A stretch of 64,000 nt of DNA from the NCBI GenBank assembly GCA_020722575.1, contig DYKN01000001.1, forward strand, positions 130,795 to 194,794, given 5' to 3'. Positions 52,727 to 60,934 of this stretch are shown piece after piece. Origin of the DNA: Rikenella microfusus. GTDB taxonomy: Bacteria; Bacteroidota; Bacteroidia; Bacteroidales; VadinHA17. Position 1 is the first letter of the stretch; every line of letters begins with the position of its first letter. A program made the position numbers and the translations under genes. The notes below the pieces were generated by a model. It did no database searches. It saw nothing but the letters and a program-made list of their open reading frames with translations, and had not been told where the DNA came from.

Positions 52727-55700
52727 ATGGAAAAAATATTCTTGAAGCTTAAAACTCCTCTGGTTGTTATCCTGCTTCTGATACTGGCAGGCGGAGCATT
52801 TTCCTACAAAAATCTTAAAACTTCATTATTCCCCAATATTACTTTTCCAAAAATCAAGATAATCGCCGATAACGGTGAACAGCCGGTGGATAAGATGATG
52901 ATAGAGGTTACCAAGCCAATTGAAGATGCAATAAAAAGAGTTGAACACCTGAGTCTTATCAGAAGTGCAACCACTATGGGTAGTTGTGAGATATCGGCAT
53001 ATATGGAATGGGGTTCCGACATCGATCTCGACAAACAGCAGGTGGAATCACAAATAGCCAGAATAAAAAGCAATCTTCCTCCTGATATTGAAATTACTGT
53101 TGAAAAGATGAATCCGTCAATTTTACCGGTGATGGGGTATTCCGTGGCTTCAGATACTAAAAGTCAGATTGAACTGAAACTTATCGCCGAATATATCATA
53201 AAACCATATCTGTCAAGGATACAGGGTGTCGCTGCAGTACAGGTTATCGGTGGAAAAGTAAAGGAGTACAGGATCATTCCCGATGAGGCGAAATTAAAAA
53301 TGTTGAAGATCAATCCTCAGGAAATTATTGATATCCTGCAATATACCGGCTTTATAAGGTCAACAGGCTATACGACTGATTATAACAGGCTTTATCTTAC
53401 TGTCACTGATGCTACAGTCCGGAACAAGCAGCAGCTCGAAGATCTGGTCCTGGTAAATAACGGAGTCCGTAAAATAAAAGTCTCCGATGTGGCAAAAGTC
53501 GAAATCTCCGAACGAAATGAATATATCAGGATCAAAGCCGATGGTAAAGATGTACCACTTATAGCCGTTCTGAAGCAGCCTGAAAGCAATCTGATCGACG
53601 TCGCTGACAAGGTTGCAGCAAGTGTAAAAGAGCTTGAAAAGGTCCTTCCTGCAGGAGTAACCCTGAAACCATATTACAATCAGTCTGAGTTTGTGCACGA
53701 CAGTATCAGAAGCATAATTGATGTTCTATGGATAGGATTGCTTCTATCAATAGTAGTGGCGGTGATATTCCTTCGTTCATTCAAAGCCAGCGGGGTCATC
53801 CTGATAACAATTCCACTCACTCTTGCTCTTACTTTTATCGCGCTTAGCATGCTTGGTTATGATTTTAATATAATGACCATCGGCGCCATTGCCGCCGCTA
53901 TCGGCCTTATAATCGATGACGCGATCATAGTTGTTGAACAGATACACAGAACTCACGAAGAGTTTCCAGATAGGCTACCCCGGGAACTTGTCGGTAAAGC
54001 CATTAACTTCCTGTTCCCCGCTATGGTAAGCTCTTCACTGACCACAATTGTCATCCTCATACCCTTCGAACTGATGACCGGCATCGCAGGTGCTTATTTT
54101 AAAATCCTTACAATGACAATGATAATAACCCTAATTTGCTCTTTTCTTGTTACCTGGATTGGTCTGCCGGTGGTTTATCTGTTGTTTTCCAGGAATAAAC
54201 CCCTGATGAAAAATGTTGAAATACACAAGATCAAAACCCATAAATGGATTGAATTCTTCATATTAAGACCTTATATAAGCATAATATTAATTGTGCTGCT
54301 TATTCTTGGCATTGTCTTCGTAATTCCTAAACTTCCCACCGGGTTCCTGCCTGATATGGATGAAGGATCAATAGTTCTGGATTATACTTCGCCTCCCGGT
54401 ACATCACTTGAAGAAACAGACAGGCTCCTTTCTGAAGTTGATAAGATAATTGAGACAATACCCGAGGTCAAGACATACTCACGGCGTACCGGAACAGAAA
54501 TGGGTTTTTTCATTACTGAACCATACAGTGGCGATTATCTTATTGAGCTGAATAAAAACAGGAAGAAAAAAACCGAAGAGGTTGCAGATGATATCCGTAA
54601 AAAGGTCGAAGCTGCTGTCCCAGCACTTACTGTTGATTTCGGTCAGGTAATCACCGACATGCTTGGGGATCTTATGAAAAGTGTCCAACCAATCGAAATC
54701 AAGATCTTTGGTGACGATCATAAAAAGCTCGAAGAGCTGTCAAGACAGGTTGCCGACAGTGTCAGAAAGGTATCAGGAACAGCAGACGTATTTGATGGTA
54801 TAATAGTCTCAGGCCCTGTAATAAGCATTATCCCCAAAGAAAATGTCCTGAAACAGTTCGGATTAACATCGTCTGATTTACAGGCCCAGGTAGAAGCCTG
54901 GCTGGAAGGCATTGTAGTGGGATCAATACCTGAAAAGGAACAATATACGGATATAAGGTTTATTTATCCGCTCAACAATATGACTCCCTTTGAAAAAATA
55001 AAAAATATCATGATAAGCACACCTACAGGAGAGAACTTTCCGCTTAATAAATTTGCAAATTTTTCAATACAAAGTGGAGTCTCCGAAATACAAAGGGAGA
55101 ACCTTCAGACAATGGGAGCCGTAACGGCAAGACTTGATAACAGAGATCTGGGAAGTGTAATAAAAGACATTCAGAAAAAACTATCAGGTATAAAGCTGCC
55201 TTACTCATACCAGATTGTATATGGTGGTTCCTATGCCGAACAGCAACAATCATTTTCTGAATTATTGAAAATACTCATTATCAGCGGATTGCTGGTTTTT
55301 CTGATTGTTCTTTTTATGTTCAGGGATTTAAAGCTTTCCGGAATTGTCATTTTAATCAGCTCGCTTGGAATAGCAGGTGGTCTTATTGCATTGTACCTTA
55401 CAAACACTCCACTTAATGTCGGAAGCTATACTGGATTAATAATGATAGTAGGAATAATCGGAGAAAATTCAATTTTCACTATCCAGCAGTTTCTCACTGA
55501 ATTAAAAAACTCTGACGTTAACGGCGCATTAAATTATGCAATATCAGCCCGTTTGCGGCCTAAGCTTATGACTGCTACCGGGGCAATAGCTGCACTTACA
55601 CCACTTTCACTTGGTTTGGGCACAGGTGCTCAAATGCATCAGCCGCTGGCAATAGCCGTAATAGGCGGATTAGTAATGGCACTTCCTTTATTACTGATAG

Positions 55701-55738
55701 TACTGCCCGGACTTTTGAAACTTATTGTCAGAAAATAA
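52727..55738 (+). CDS. Efflux RND transporter permease subunit (AcrB/CusA/CzcA superfamily)
   Basis: 1003 aa with 12 TM segments and two large periplasmic loops. The motif AIGLIIDDAIIVVEQI is present. Confidence 0.95.
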   Translation: MEKIFLKLKTPLVVILLLILAGGAFSYKNLKTSLFPNITFPKIKIIADNGEQPVDKMMIEVTKPIEDAIKRVEHLSLIRSATTMGSCEISAYMEWGSDIDLDKQQVESQIARIKSNLPPDIEITVEKMNPSILPVMGYSVASDTKSQIELKLIAEYIIKPYLSRIQGVAAVQVIGGKVKEYRIIPDEAKLKMLKINPQEIIDILQYTGFIRSTGYTTDYNRLYLTVTDATVRNKQQLEDLVLVNNGVRKIKVSDVAKVEISERNEYIRIKADGKDVPLIAVLKQPESNLIDVADKVAASVKELEKVLPAGVTLKPYYNQSEFVHDSIRSIIDVLWIGLLLSIVVAVIFLRSFKASGVILITIPLTLALTFIALSMLGYDFNIMTIGAIAAAIGLIIDDAIIVVEQIHRTHEEFPDRLPRELVGKAINFLFPAMVSSSLTTIVILIPFELMTGIAGAYFKILTMTMIITLICSFLVTWIGLPVVYLLFSRNKPLMKNVEIHKIKTHKWIEFFILRPYISIILIVLLILGIVFVIPKLPTGFLPDMDEGSIVLDYTSPPGTSLEETDRLLSEVDKIIETIPEVKTYSRRTGTEMGFFITEPYSGDYLIELNKNRKKKTEEVADDIRKKVEAAVPALTVDFGQVITDMLGDLMKSVQPIEIKIFGDDHKKLEELSRQVADSVRKVSGTADVFDGIIVSGPVISIIPKENVLKQFGLTSSDLQAQVEAWLEGIVVGSIPEKEQYTDIRFIYPLNNMTPFEKIKNIMISTPTGENFPLNKFANFSIQSGVSEIQRENLQTMGAVTARLDNRDLGSVIKDIQKKLSGIKLPYSYQIVYGGSYAEQQQSFSELLKILIISGLLVFLIVLFMFRDLKLSGIVILISSLGIAGGLIALYLTNTPLNVGSYTGLIMIVGIIGENSIFTIQQFLTELKNSDVNGALNYAISARLRPKLMTATGAIAALTPLSLGLGTGAQMHQPLAIAVIGGLVMALPLLLIVLPGLLKLIVRK

Positions 55739-55758
55739 ATTGAAAGTACCTGTTAAAA

Positions 55759-56943
55759 GTGCAGAAAAGGATTCTTAACATATTTCTTTTACTGTACGGA
55801 GGATTGTTGTTCGGACAGGTGGATTCAACTGGTTTCCGGGAAGGTAAAGTGTGGAAACATACTTCTCTACAGGCAGTTTATCAAAAAGGGTACGTTTTTG
55901 CCACTAACGATTTCATAAAAGGAATCAATGTCGAATCTGACAGAATTAATAGTTTTCAAACATTTTCTCTAAAACTTTCCACCCAGACTGATGGCGAAAA
56001 ACTGTGGGAACAGCTGTATAAATACCCGGAATGGGGCATTAGTATTTATATGGCCGACTTCTTTAATCCGGAAGAAATAGGCAGACCTCTTGCATTATAC
56101 GGAATTTTCAACGCACCTTTCATCAGACGGCAAAAGCTATTGCTCAATTACGAGCTTGGCTTCGGCGCAACTTTTAACTGGAAATCTTTCAATCCTGTTA
56201 CCAATCAGTATAATATCGCAATAGGAGCCGGTGAGTCTTTTATTATAGATGCCGGATTGAACCTTCATTACAGTCTGACAAATAAAATGGATATTATTGC
56301 AGGTTTCAGCCTGACACATTTTTCAAACGGAGCTCTGAAGAAGCCTAATTTCGGGATAAACACTATTGCACCGAAAATTGGCTTGAAGTATAATTTTTAT
56401 AAACCCATAAAATTTCTCAAAAGTGAGGTGCCGGAATTTGATGCGCATAATGAATGGTTCATTTCTGGTTTTGGTGGAGTTAAAAATCTGATATTCGATT
56501 CTGTCAATATCGATATTATTGAAAAATATGAAGGAGTGTTTTTCCCGGTCTTCGGAGTATCATCCGGCTATAACAGGCAGGTCAGTTACAAGTCAAAAAT
56601 AGGTATTGGCGTGACCCTGTCTTATGACGGGTCAATGAACGCACAGGCCGCAGTCGAAAATAATGAACTCGATCCTGTTGATACTCCATTTTCTGACCAT
56701 ATTCAGCTGAGCATCTACCCATCATATGAGTTGACAATAAACAGACTGTCGTTGGTACTGCAGCCTGCCTTTTACCTGTACAGAAAAAAATTCAGGAATC
56801 AGTCACCGGCATTTCATCAAAGAATAGGCCTGAAGTACCAGATTACTGATAAGATATTCGCCGGGATAATCCTCCGTGATTACGCGTTTCATGTTTCTGA
56901 TCATTTAGAATGGACACTTGGATACAGAATCCCGGGAAAATAA
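55759..56943 (+). CDS. Acyloxyacyl hydrolase / PagL-like outer-membrane beta-barrel
   Basis: GTG start and signal peptide. The pattern YPEWGISIYMADFFNPE..GRPLALYG and FSLTHFSNGALKKPNFGIN resembles Bacteroidota lipid A deacylase-like proteins. The call is tentative. Confidence 0.5.
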   Translation: MQKRILNIFLLLYGGLLFGQVDSTGFREGKVWKHTSLQAVYQKGYVFATNDFIKGINVESDRINSFQTFSLKLSTQTDGEKLWEQLYKYPEWGISIYMADFFNPEEIGRPLALYGIFNAPFIRRQKLLLNYELGFGATFNWKSFNPVTNQYNIAIGAGESFIIDAGLNLHYSLTNKMDIIAGFSLTHFSNGALKKPNFGINTIAPKIGLKYNFYKPIKFLKSEVPEFDAHNEWFISGFGGVKNLIFDSVNIDIIEKYEGVFFPVFGVSSGYNRQVSYKSKIGIGVTLSYDGSMNAQAAVENNELDPVDTPFSDHIQLSIYPSYELTINRLSLVLQPAFYLYRKKFRNQSPAFHQRIGLKYQITDKIFAGIILRDYAFHVSDHLEWTLGYRIPGK

Positions 56944-57087
56944 CCCGACTTGATAATTCCTTAAGAATTGTAATATAGTTTTACATGGTTTATTTAAATC
57001 AACCAGTGTCGTCTTGATCTGTCCTCCGGCAGTAACTTTTTCGCAATCCAACCCAACCTTTTTTGATAATTCAAATCTTTAGAAGTA

Positions 57088-58221
57088 ATGGCACAACTAA
57101 TGAATATTAACAAAGGAAACAAAATGAACACTTTAATTGTAAATAAAAAGTTGAATGATAAAATCGTAATTCATAAAGTAGAGGCGCCTGCTTCTACAAC
57201 AGTTCTGAAATCAACATGGTCGATACGAAAAGTCAAATTGGAAAACTATCGCTTTGTTAAAGCTCCAGAAAATTACATTCCTAAAGTCGGCGATGTGGCA
57301 GGAGTAAAAGTATTAAAAGTTGCCAATCATTCCCGCATTTATTCATCAGAAAATAAATATGTCCAGCTTTACAAAGATGATGTTATTTTCGGAGTGCTTG
57401 GTTACCGTTATGCTTCTGATGCATTTCATGCCGACACCATTGACATTAATAACCTCCACCTTTTAACAAATGCAGGGTTGATCGGTACCGTCAGGGACAA
57501 ACATTCAAGTATCTCAGAACCAACAAGATTGAAACTTATTGGGGTTTTTGTCAATAACAATAGTTCTGAAATTCTGAATTTAAAAACGGAGTTTTTTAAG
57601 CGCAAGAGAATTAATTCAGCTTACCCTCCCGTGATACTTATTATTGGCACAGGTATGAATAGCGGAAAAACAACCACTGCTGCCCGTTTAGGGCGATCAT
57701 TGATAGAAAAAGGTATTAAAACAGCAATATTGAAAGTAACAGGCAGTGTATCCCAGCGTGATCTTTTTGAATTTGAATCAACGGGAGTTAATTATACGGC
57801 TGACTTCAGTGATTACGGTTTCCCGTCGACTTACATGTGCAATCAGGATGAACTGACTGGACTTTTTTCCATTATGCTTGAAGACACAATTCCAACTCAG
57901 CCGGATGTTGTAATTGTTGAAATTGCTGATGGCATTTTACAGAGAGAGACTCAAATGCTGCTAAAAACTGATATTGTAAGGAATTCCTGTATCGGAGTAG
58001 TTCTTACAGCTCCATGTTCCTGTTCAGCGCTTACTCTGGCAGAGAAGGTTAAACAATTAAATTACTCCCCTATTGCAGTTACAGGGACTATTACCAATTC
58101 GCCATTATTCATGCAGGAATTTACGCAATACGATACAACTCCGGTACTGGATACACAAACCAGCCGGGATCAATTTGTTGAGCTGATAAAAGCAAAGATA
58201 AACACAACAGTTAAGCTATAG
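57088..58221 (+). CDS. Uncharacterised P-loop NTPase with beta-rich N-domain (DUF1611 / dethiobiotin-synthetase-like layout)
   Basis: Walker A reads IIGTGMNSGKTTTAARL. The Walker-B-like block is PDVVIVEIADGILQRE. The N-terminal domain of about 170 aa has no recognisable motif. An alternative start lies at 57124. Confidence 0.5.
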   Translation: MAQLMNINKGNKMNTLIVNKKLNDKIVIHKVEAPASTTVLKSTWSIRKVKLENYRFVKAPENYIPKVGDVAGVKVLKVANHSRIYSSENKYVQLYKDDVIFGVLGYRYASDAFHADTIDINNLHLLTNAGLIGTVRDKHSSISEPTRLKLIGVFVNNNSSEILNLKTEFFKRKRINSAYPPVILIIGTGMNSGKTTTAARLGRSLIEKGIKTAILKVTGSVSQRDLFEFESTGVNYTADFSDYGFPSTYMCNQDELTGLFSIMLEDTIPTQPDVVIVEIADGILQRETQMLLKTDIVRNSCIGVVLTAPCSCSALTLAEKVKQLNYSPIAVTGTITNSPLFMQEFTQYDTTPVLDTQTSRDQFVELIKAKINTTVKL

Positions 58222-58228
58222 GCCGGGT

Positions 58229-60031
58229 ATGCAGGAACAAAAAGAAAATAAATTATCATGGCTGGCTGTTTTAAAACCATATTTAAAGCCATTTTATGGA
58301 ACAATAGCGCTGGCTGTAATTTTTATGATTATCGATTCATTCCTTACAGCATTACGACCATGGCCACTGAAAATAATTATAGATAAAGTTCTGAATGGTC
58401 AGAATATTAAAATACCACTCATTGCCGGCTGGATAAACAGCGGTAATTTTGATAATACAGCAATTTTATATGCGGCATGTCTGGCATTATTGCTTATAGC
58501 AATTGGAACAGGAACATTCTCATACTTCTTTACCCGTTTAATTGGAAATTTCTCACAGCATCTCGTTCTAAATATTAAGACAGATACATTCAGTCATCTG
58601 CAAAGGCTTTCATTACAGTTTCACACAAAAAAGAGGCTTGGTGACATTATAACCCGCCTGACCTCTGACATTAACTCAATCCAGTTATTGACGGCTCAGG
58701 GAGCCATGTTATTTCTTACTAATTTCTTTTTAATCTTTATGCGCCTTGTGATTATGTTCTGGCTGAACTGGCAGTATTCACTTATCGCGTGTTCTGTATT
58801 ACCCTTTTTATTTCTGGCAGTTGGATGGCATACTGTAAAAATAAAAACCGCTTCAAAAAATGCCCGTGCCAGCGATGGCGAAATGGCTTCCATAGCACAG
58901 GAGACACTGGGGTCAATTAGAATGGTGAAAGGATTGACACAAGAAAAGAGGCAAGACCAGATCTTTTTAGAACAAGGCCGGAAGAGTCTGGGCGAATATA
59001 TGGAGCGTGTAAACTATCAGGCCCGGATGGCGCCCATTGTTGATATTCTGGCTGCGTTGGGTCTTGTTCTGGTGATGTTTTATGGCGCTAAAGGGGTGAT
59101 AGCCGGGCGTGTTACCATAGGCGACATGATAGTATTCTTTTTTTACGTTTCGAATTTTTATAGCCCTTTGCGGGCAATATCAAGGCAATTTGGAAATTTC
59201 TCTAATGGAATAGTAGGCGCTGAACGGGTGGCGGAAATATTAGCAAAAGATACTTTCATTGAACAAAATAAAAAAGGAGAAAGAGCGCCGCGATTTAAAG
59301 GACAGATAGAATATAAAAATGTTTCATTTGAATATGAACACGGACAATCTGTTTTAAAAGGAATTTCACTGATAGTCCGACCGGGAGATCATGTTGCTAT
59401 TATTGGCGCTACAGGTGCGGGAAAAAGTACTCTGGTCAGTCTGTTATTACGATTTTATGATCCTACAGAGGGATCAATATTAATTGACGGGAAAGATATC
59501 AGGCAATATTCACCTGAATCAATTCGCCAGCAAATCGGTCTTATCTTACAGGAGACTTATCTGTTATCCGGCACCATCAGCGAAAATATCATTTTCGGAT
59601 GTAAAACGACACCCAGCAAAGAAGAAATTATAAATGCTGCGAAAGCGGCTCATGCTCACGATTTTATAATTGAGTTAACTGAGGGCTATGACAGCCACAT
59701 CTCAGAGCAGGGAGCAAATCTTTCAGGAGGACAACGCCAAAGAATTGCCATTGCACGCGCTATTGTCCGTAAAGATCCAATCCTTTTGCTTGATGAACCC
59801 ACAAGTAATCTGGACAACGTGTCCGAAGCATTAATAATGAAAACTATTAAAAACATTCCTCACCAGCCGACAATTATCATGGTCACACATTCTTTACGCG
59901 CTGCACAAATGGCAGATATCATTGCCGTACTTGAGAATGGTGAGATAATTGAGTATGGCAAACCCTCCGAACTGATTTATGCCGGTAAGTTTTTTAAAAA
60001 ATATGTTCAGGCAGAGCATCTGGAAAAGTAA
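58229..60031 (+). CDS. ABC exporter, fused permease/ATPase (MsbA/MdlB type)
   Basis: Has six N-terminal TM helices, Walker A GATGAGKST, the signature LSGGQRQRIAIARA and Walker B ILLLDEPTS. Confidence 0.95.
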   Translation: MQEQKENKLSWLAVLKPYLKPFYGTIALAVIFMIIDSFLTALRPWPLKIIIDKVLNGQNIKIPLIAGWINSGNFDNTAILYAACLALLLIAIGTGTFSYFFTRLIGNFSQHLVLNIKTDTFSHLQRLSLQFHTKKRLGDIITRLTSDINSIQLLTAQGAMLFLTNFFLIFMRLVIMFWLNWQYSLIACSVLPFLFLAVGWHTVKIKTASKNARASDGEMASIAQETLGSIRMVKGLTQEKRQDQIFLEQGRKSLGEYMERVNYQARMAPIVDILAALGLVLVMFYGAKGVIAGRVTIGDMIVFFFYVSNFYSPLRAISRQFGNFSNGIVGAERVAEILAKDTFIEQNKKGERAPRFKGQIEYKNVSFEYEHGQSVLKGISLIVRPGDHVAIIGATGAGKSTLVSLLLRFYDPTEGSILIDGKDIRQYSPESIRQQIGLILQETYLLSGTISENIIFGCKTTPSKEEIINAAKAAHAHDFIIELTEGYDSHISEQGANLSGGQRQRIAIARAIVRKDPILLLDEPTSNLDNVSEALIMKTIKNIPHQPTIIMVTHSLRAAQMADIIAVLENGEIIEYGKPSELIYAGKFFKKYVQAEHLEK

Positions 60032-60090
60032 AGTATAACACCAAAAAAGATATAAAAAAACGGGAATGATTTATTATAAAGATTATTAAC

Positions 60091-60867
60091 ATGAGAAAAA
60101 AACAAAATATGGGTATTTGGATTAGCAAACCGGTTAATGCTCACGCAAGAAGACAAATAGCAATCATTATATTGATTATTTGCTTTTTATTTATACTGCT
60201 CTTTTATCCGGTTTCTGCTCAGGACAACATCAACAACAGCATACCGGTTCCAAAAGGAAAGACATTGGTTTTACAACCCGGGATAGGGCTGAGATACAGC
60301 GTAAATGATAAGATTAAACTGTACCAGGATTTTCGTACTTATTTTTACCAGAACATCCTTTCAAAAAATTTTGAAGAATTAAGTTTTAGCGCCAGTTATA
60401 AACTGGGCAGGTTTAATAACTTTTATTTCACCACAAATTTAGGTTACCTGCTTACACTCGACAATAATTATAAAATCCACGCCTATCGGCCAAAGGTTTA
60501 TTTTACGACGAGTTATCATTTAAATAAAATAAGACTCGAATTCAGAAACAGGCTTGAATATATTATTACAACGGGTGAAAATGGGGGCGGTTCGTTTCGG
60601 TACAGGCCAAGGTTTTTGGTTCAGACAACATTCAAACTCAACCAACTCCGGATTTCACCCTATGTTTATAATGAGTTTTTTCTGGGGCAAAATGGTTTTA
60701 GTCAAAACAGGACAAAACTGGCATTATTTGTCAGATACCATGATTTTGTACTTAATCCGGGTTATACCTTAAAAATAAAGCCGGGTACGAAATTGGTTGA
60801 AAACCGTGTATCGCTGAATTTAAGTTATACCATACCGACATTTACAAAGAAGAAACAAACCAGGTAA
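60091..60867 (+). CDS. DUF2490-like predicted outer-membrane beta-barrel
   Basis: Has a signal/anchor segment followed by alternating-polarity strands with repeated R.R.EY/F.YRPRF motifs. The family call is tentative. Confidence 0.45.
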   Translation: MRKKQNMGIWISKPVNAHARRQIAIIILIICFLFILLFYPVSAQDNINNSIPVPKGKTLVLQPGIGLRYSVNDKIKLYQDFRTYFYQNILSKNFEELSFSASYKLGRFNNFYFTTNLGYLLTLDNNYKIHAYRPKVYFTTSYHLNKIRLEFRNRLEYIITTGENGGGSFRYRPRFLVQTTFKLNQLRISPYVYNEFFLGQNGFSQNRTKLALFVRYHDFVLNPGYTLKIKPGTKLVENRVSLNLSYTIPTFTKKKQTR

Positions 60868-60934
60868 TTTCCATGCTAATTCGTTCAAAGTTGGAATTCC
60901 GGGAAATCTTAACAATTGAATGCTTTTGTCTTAA

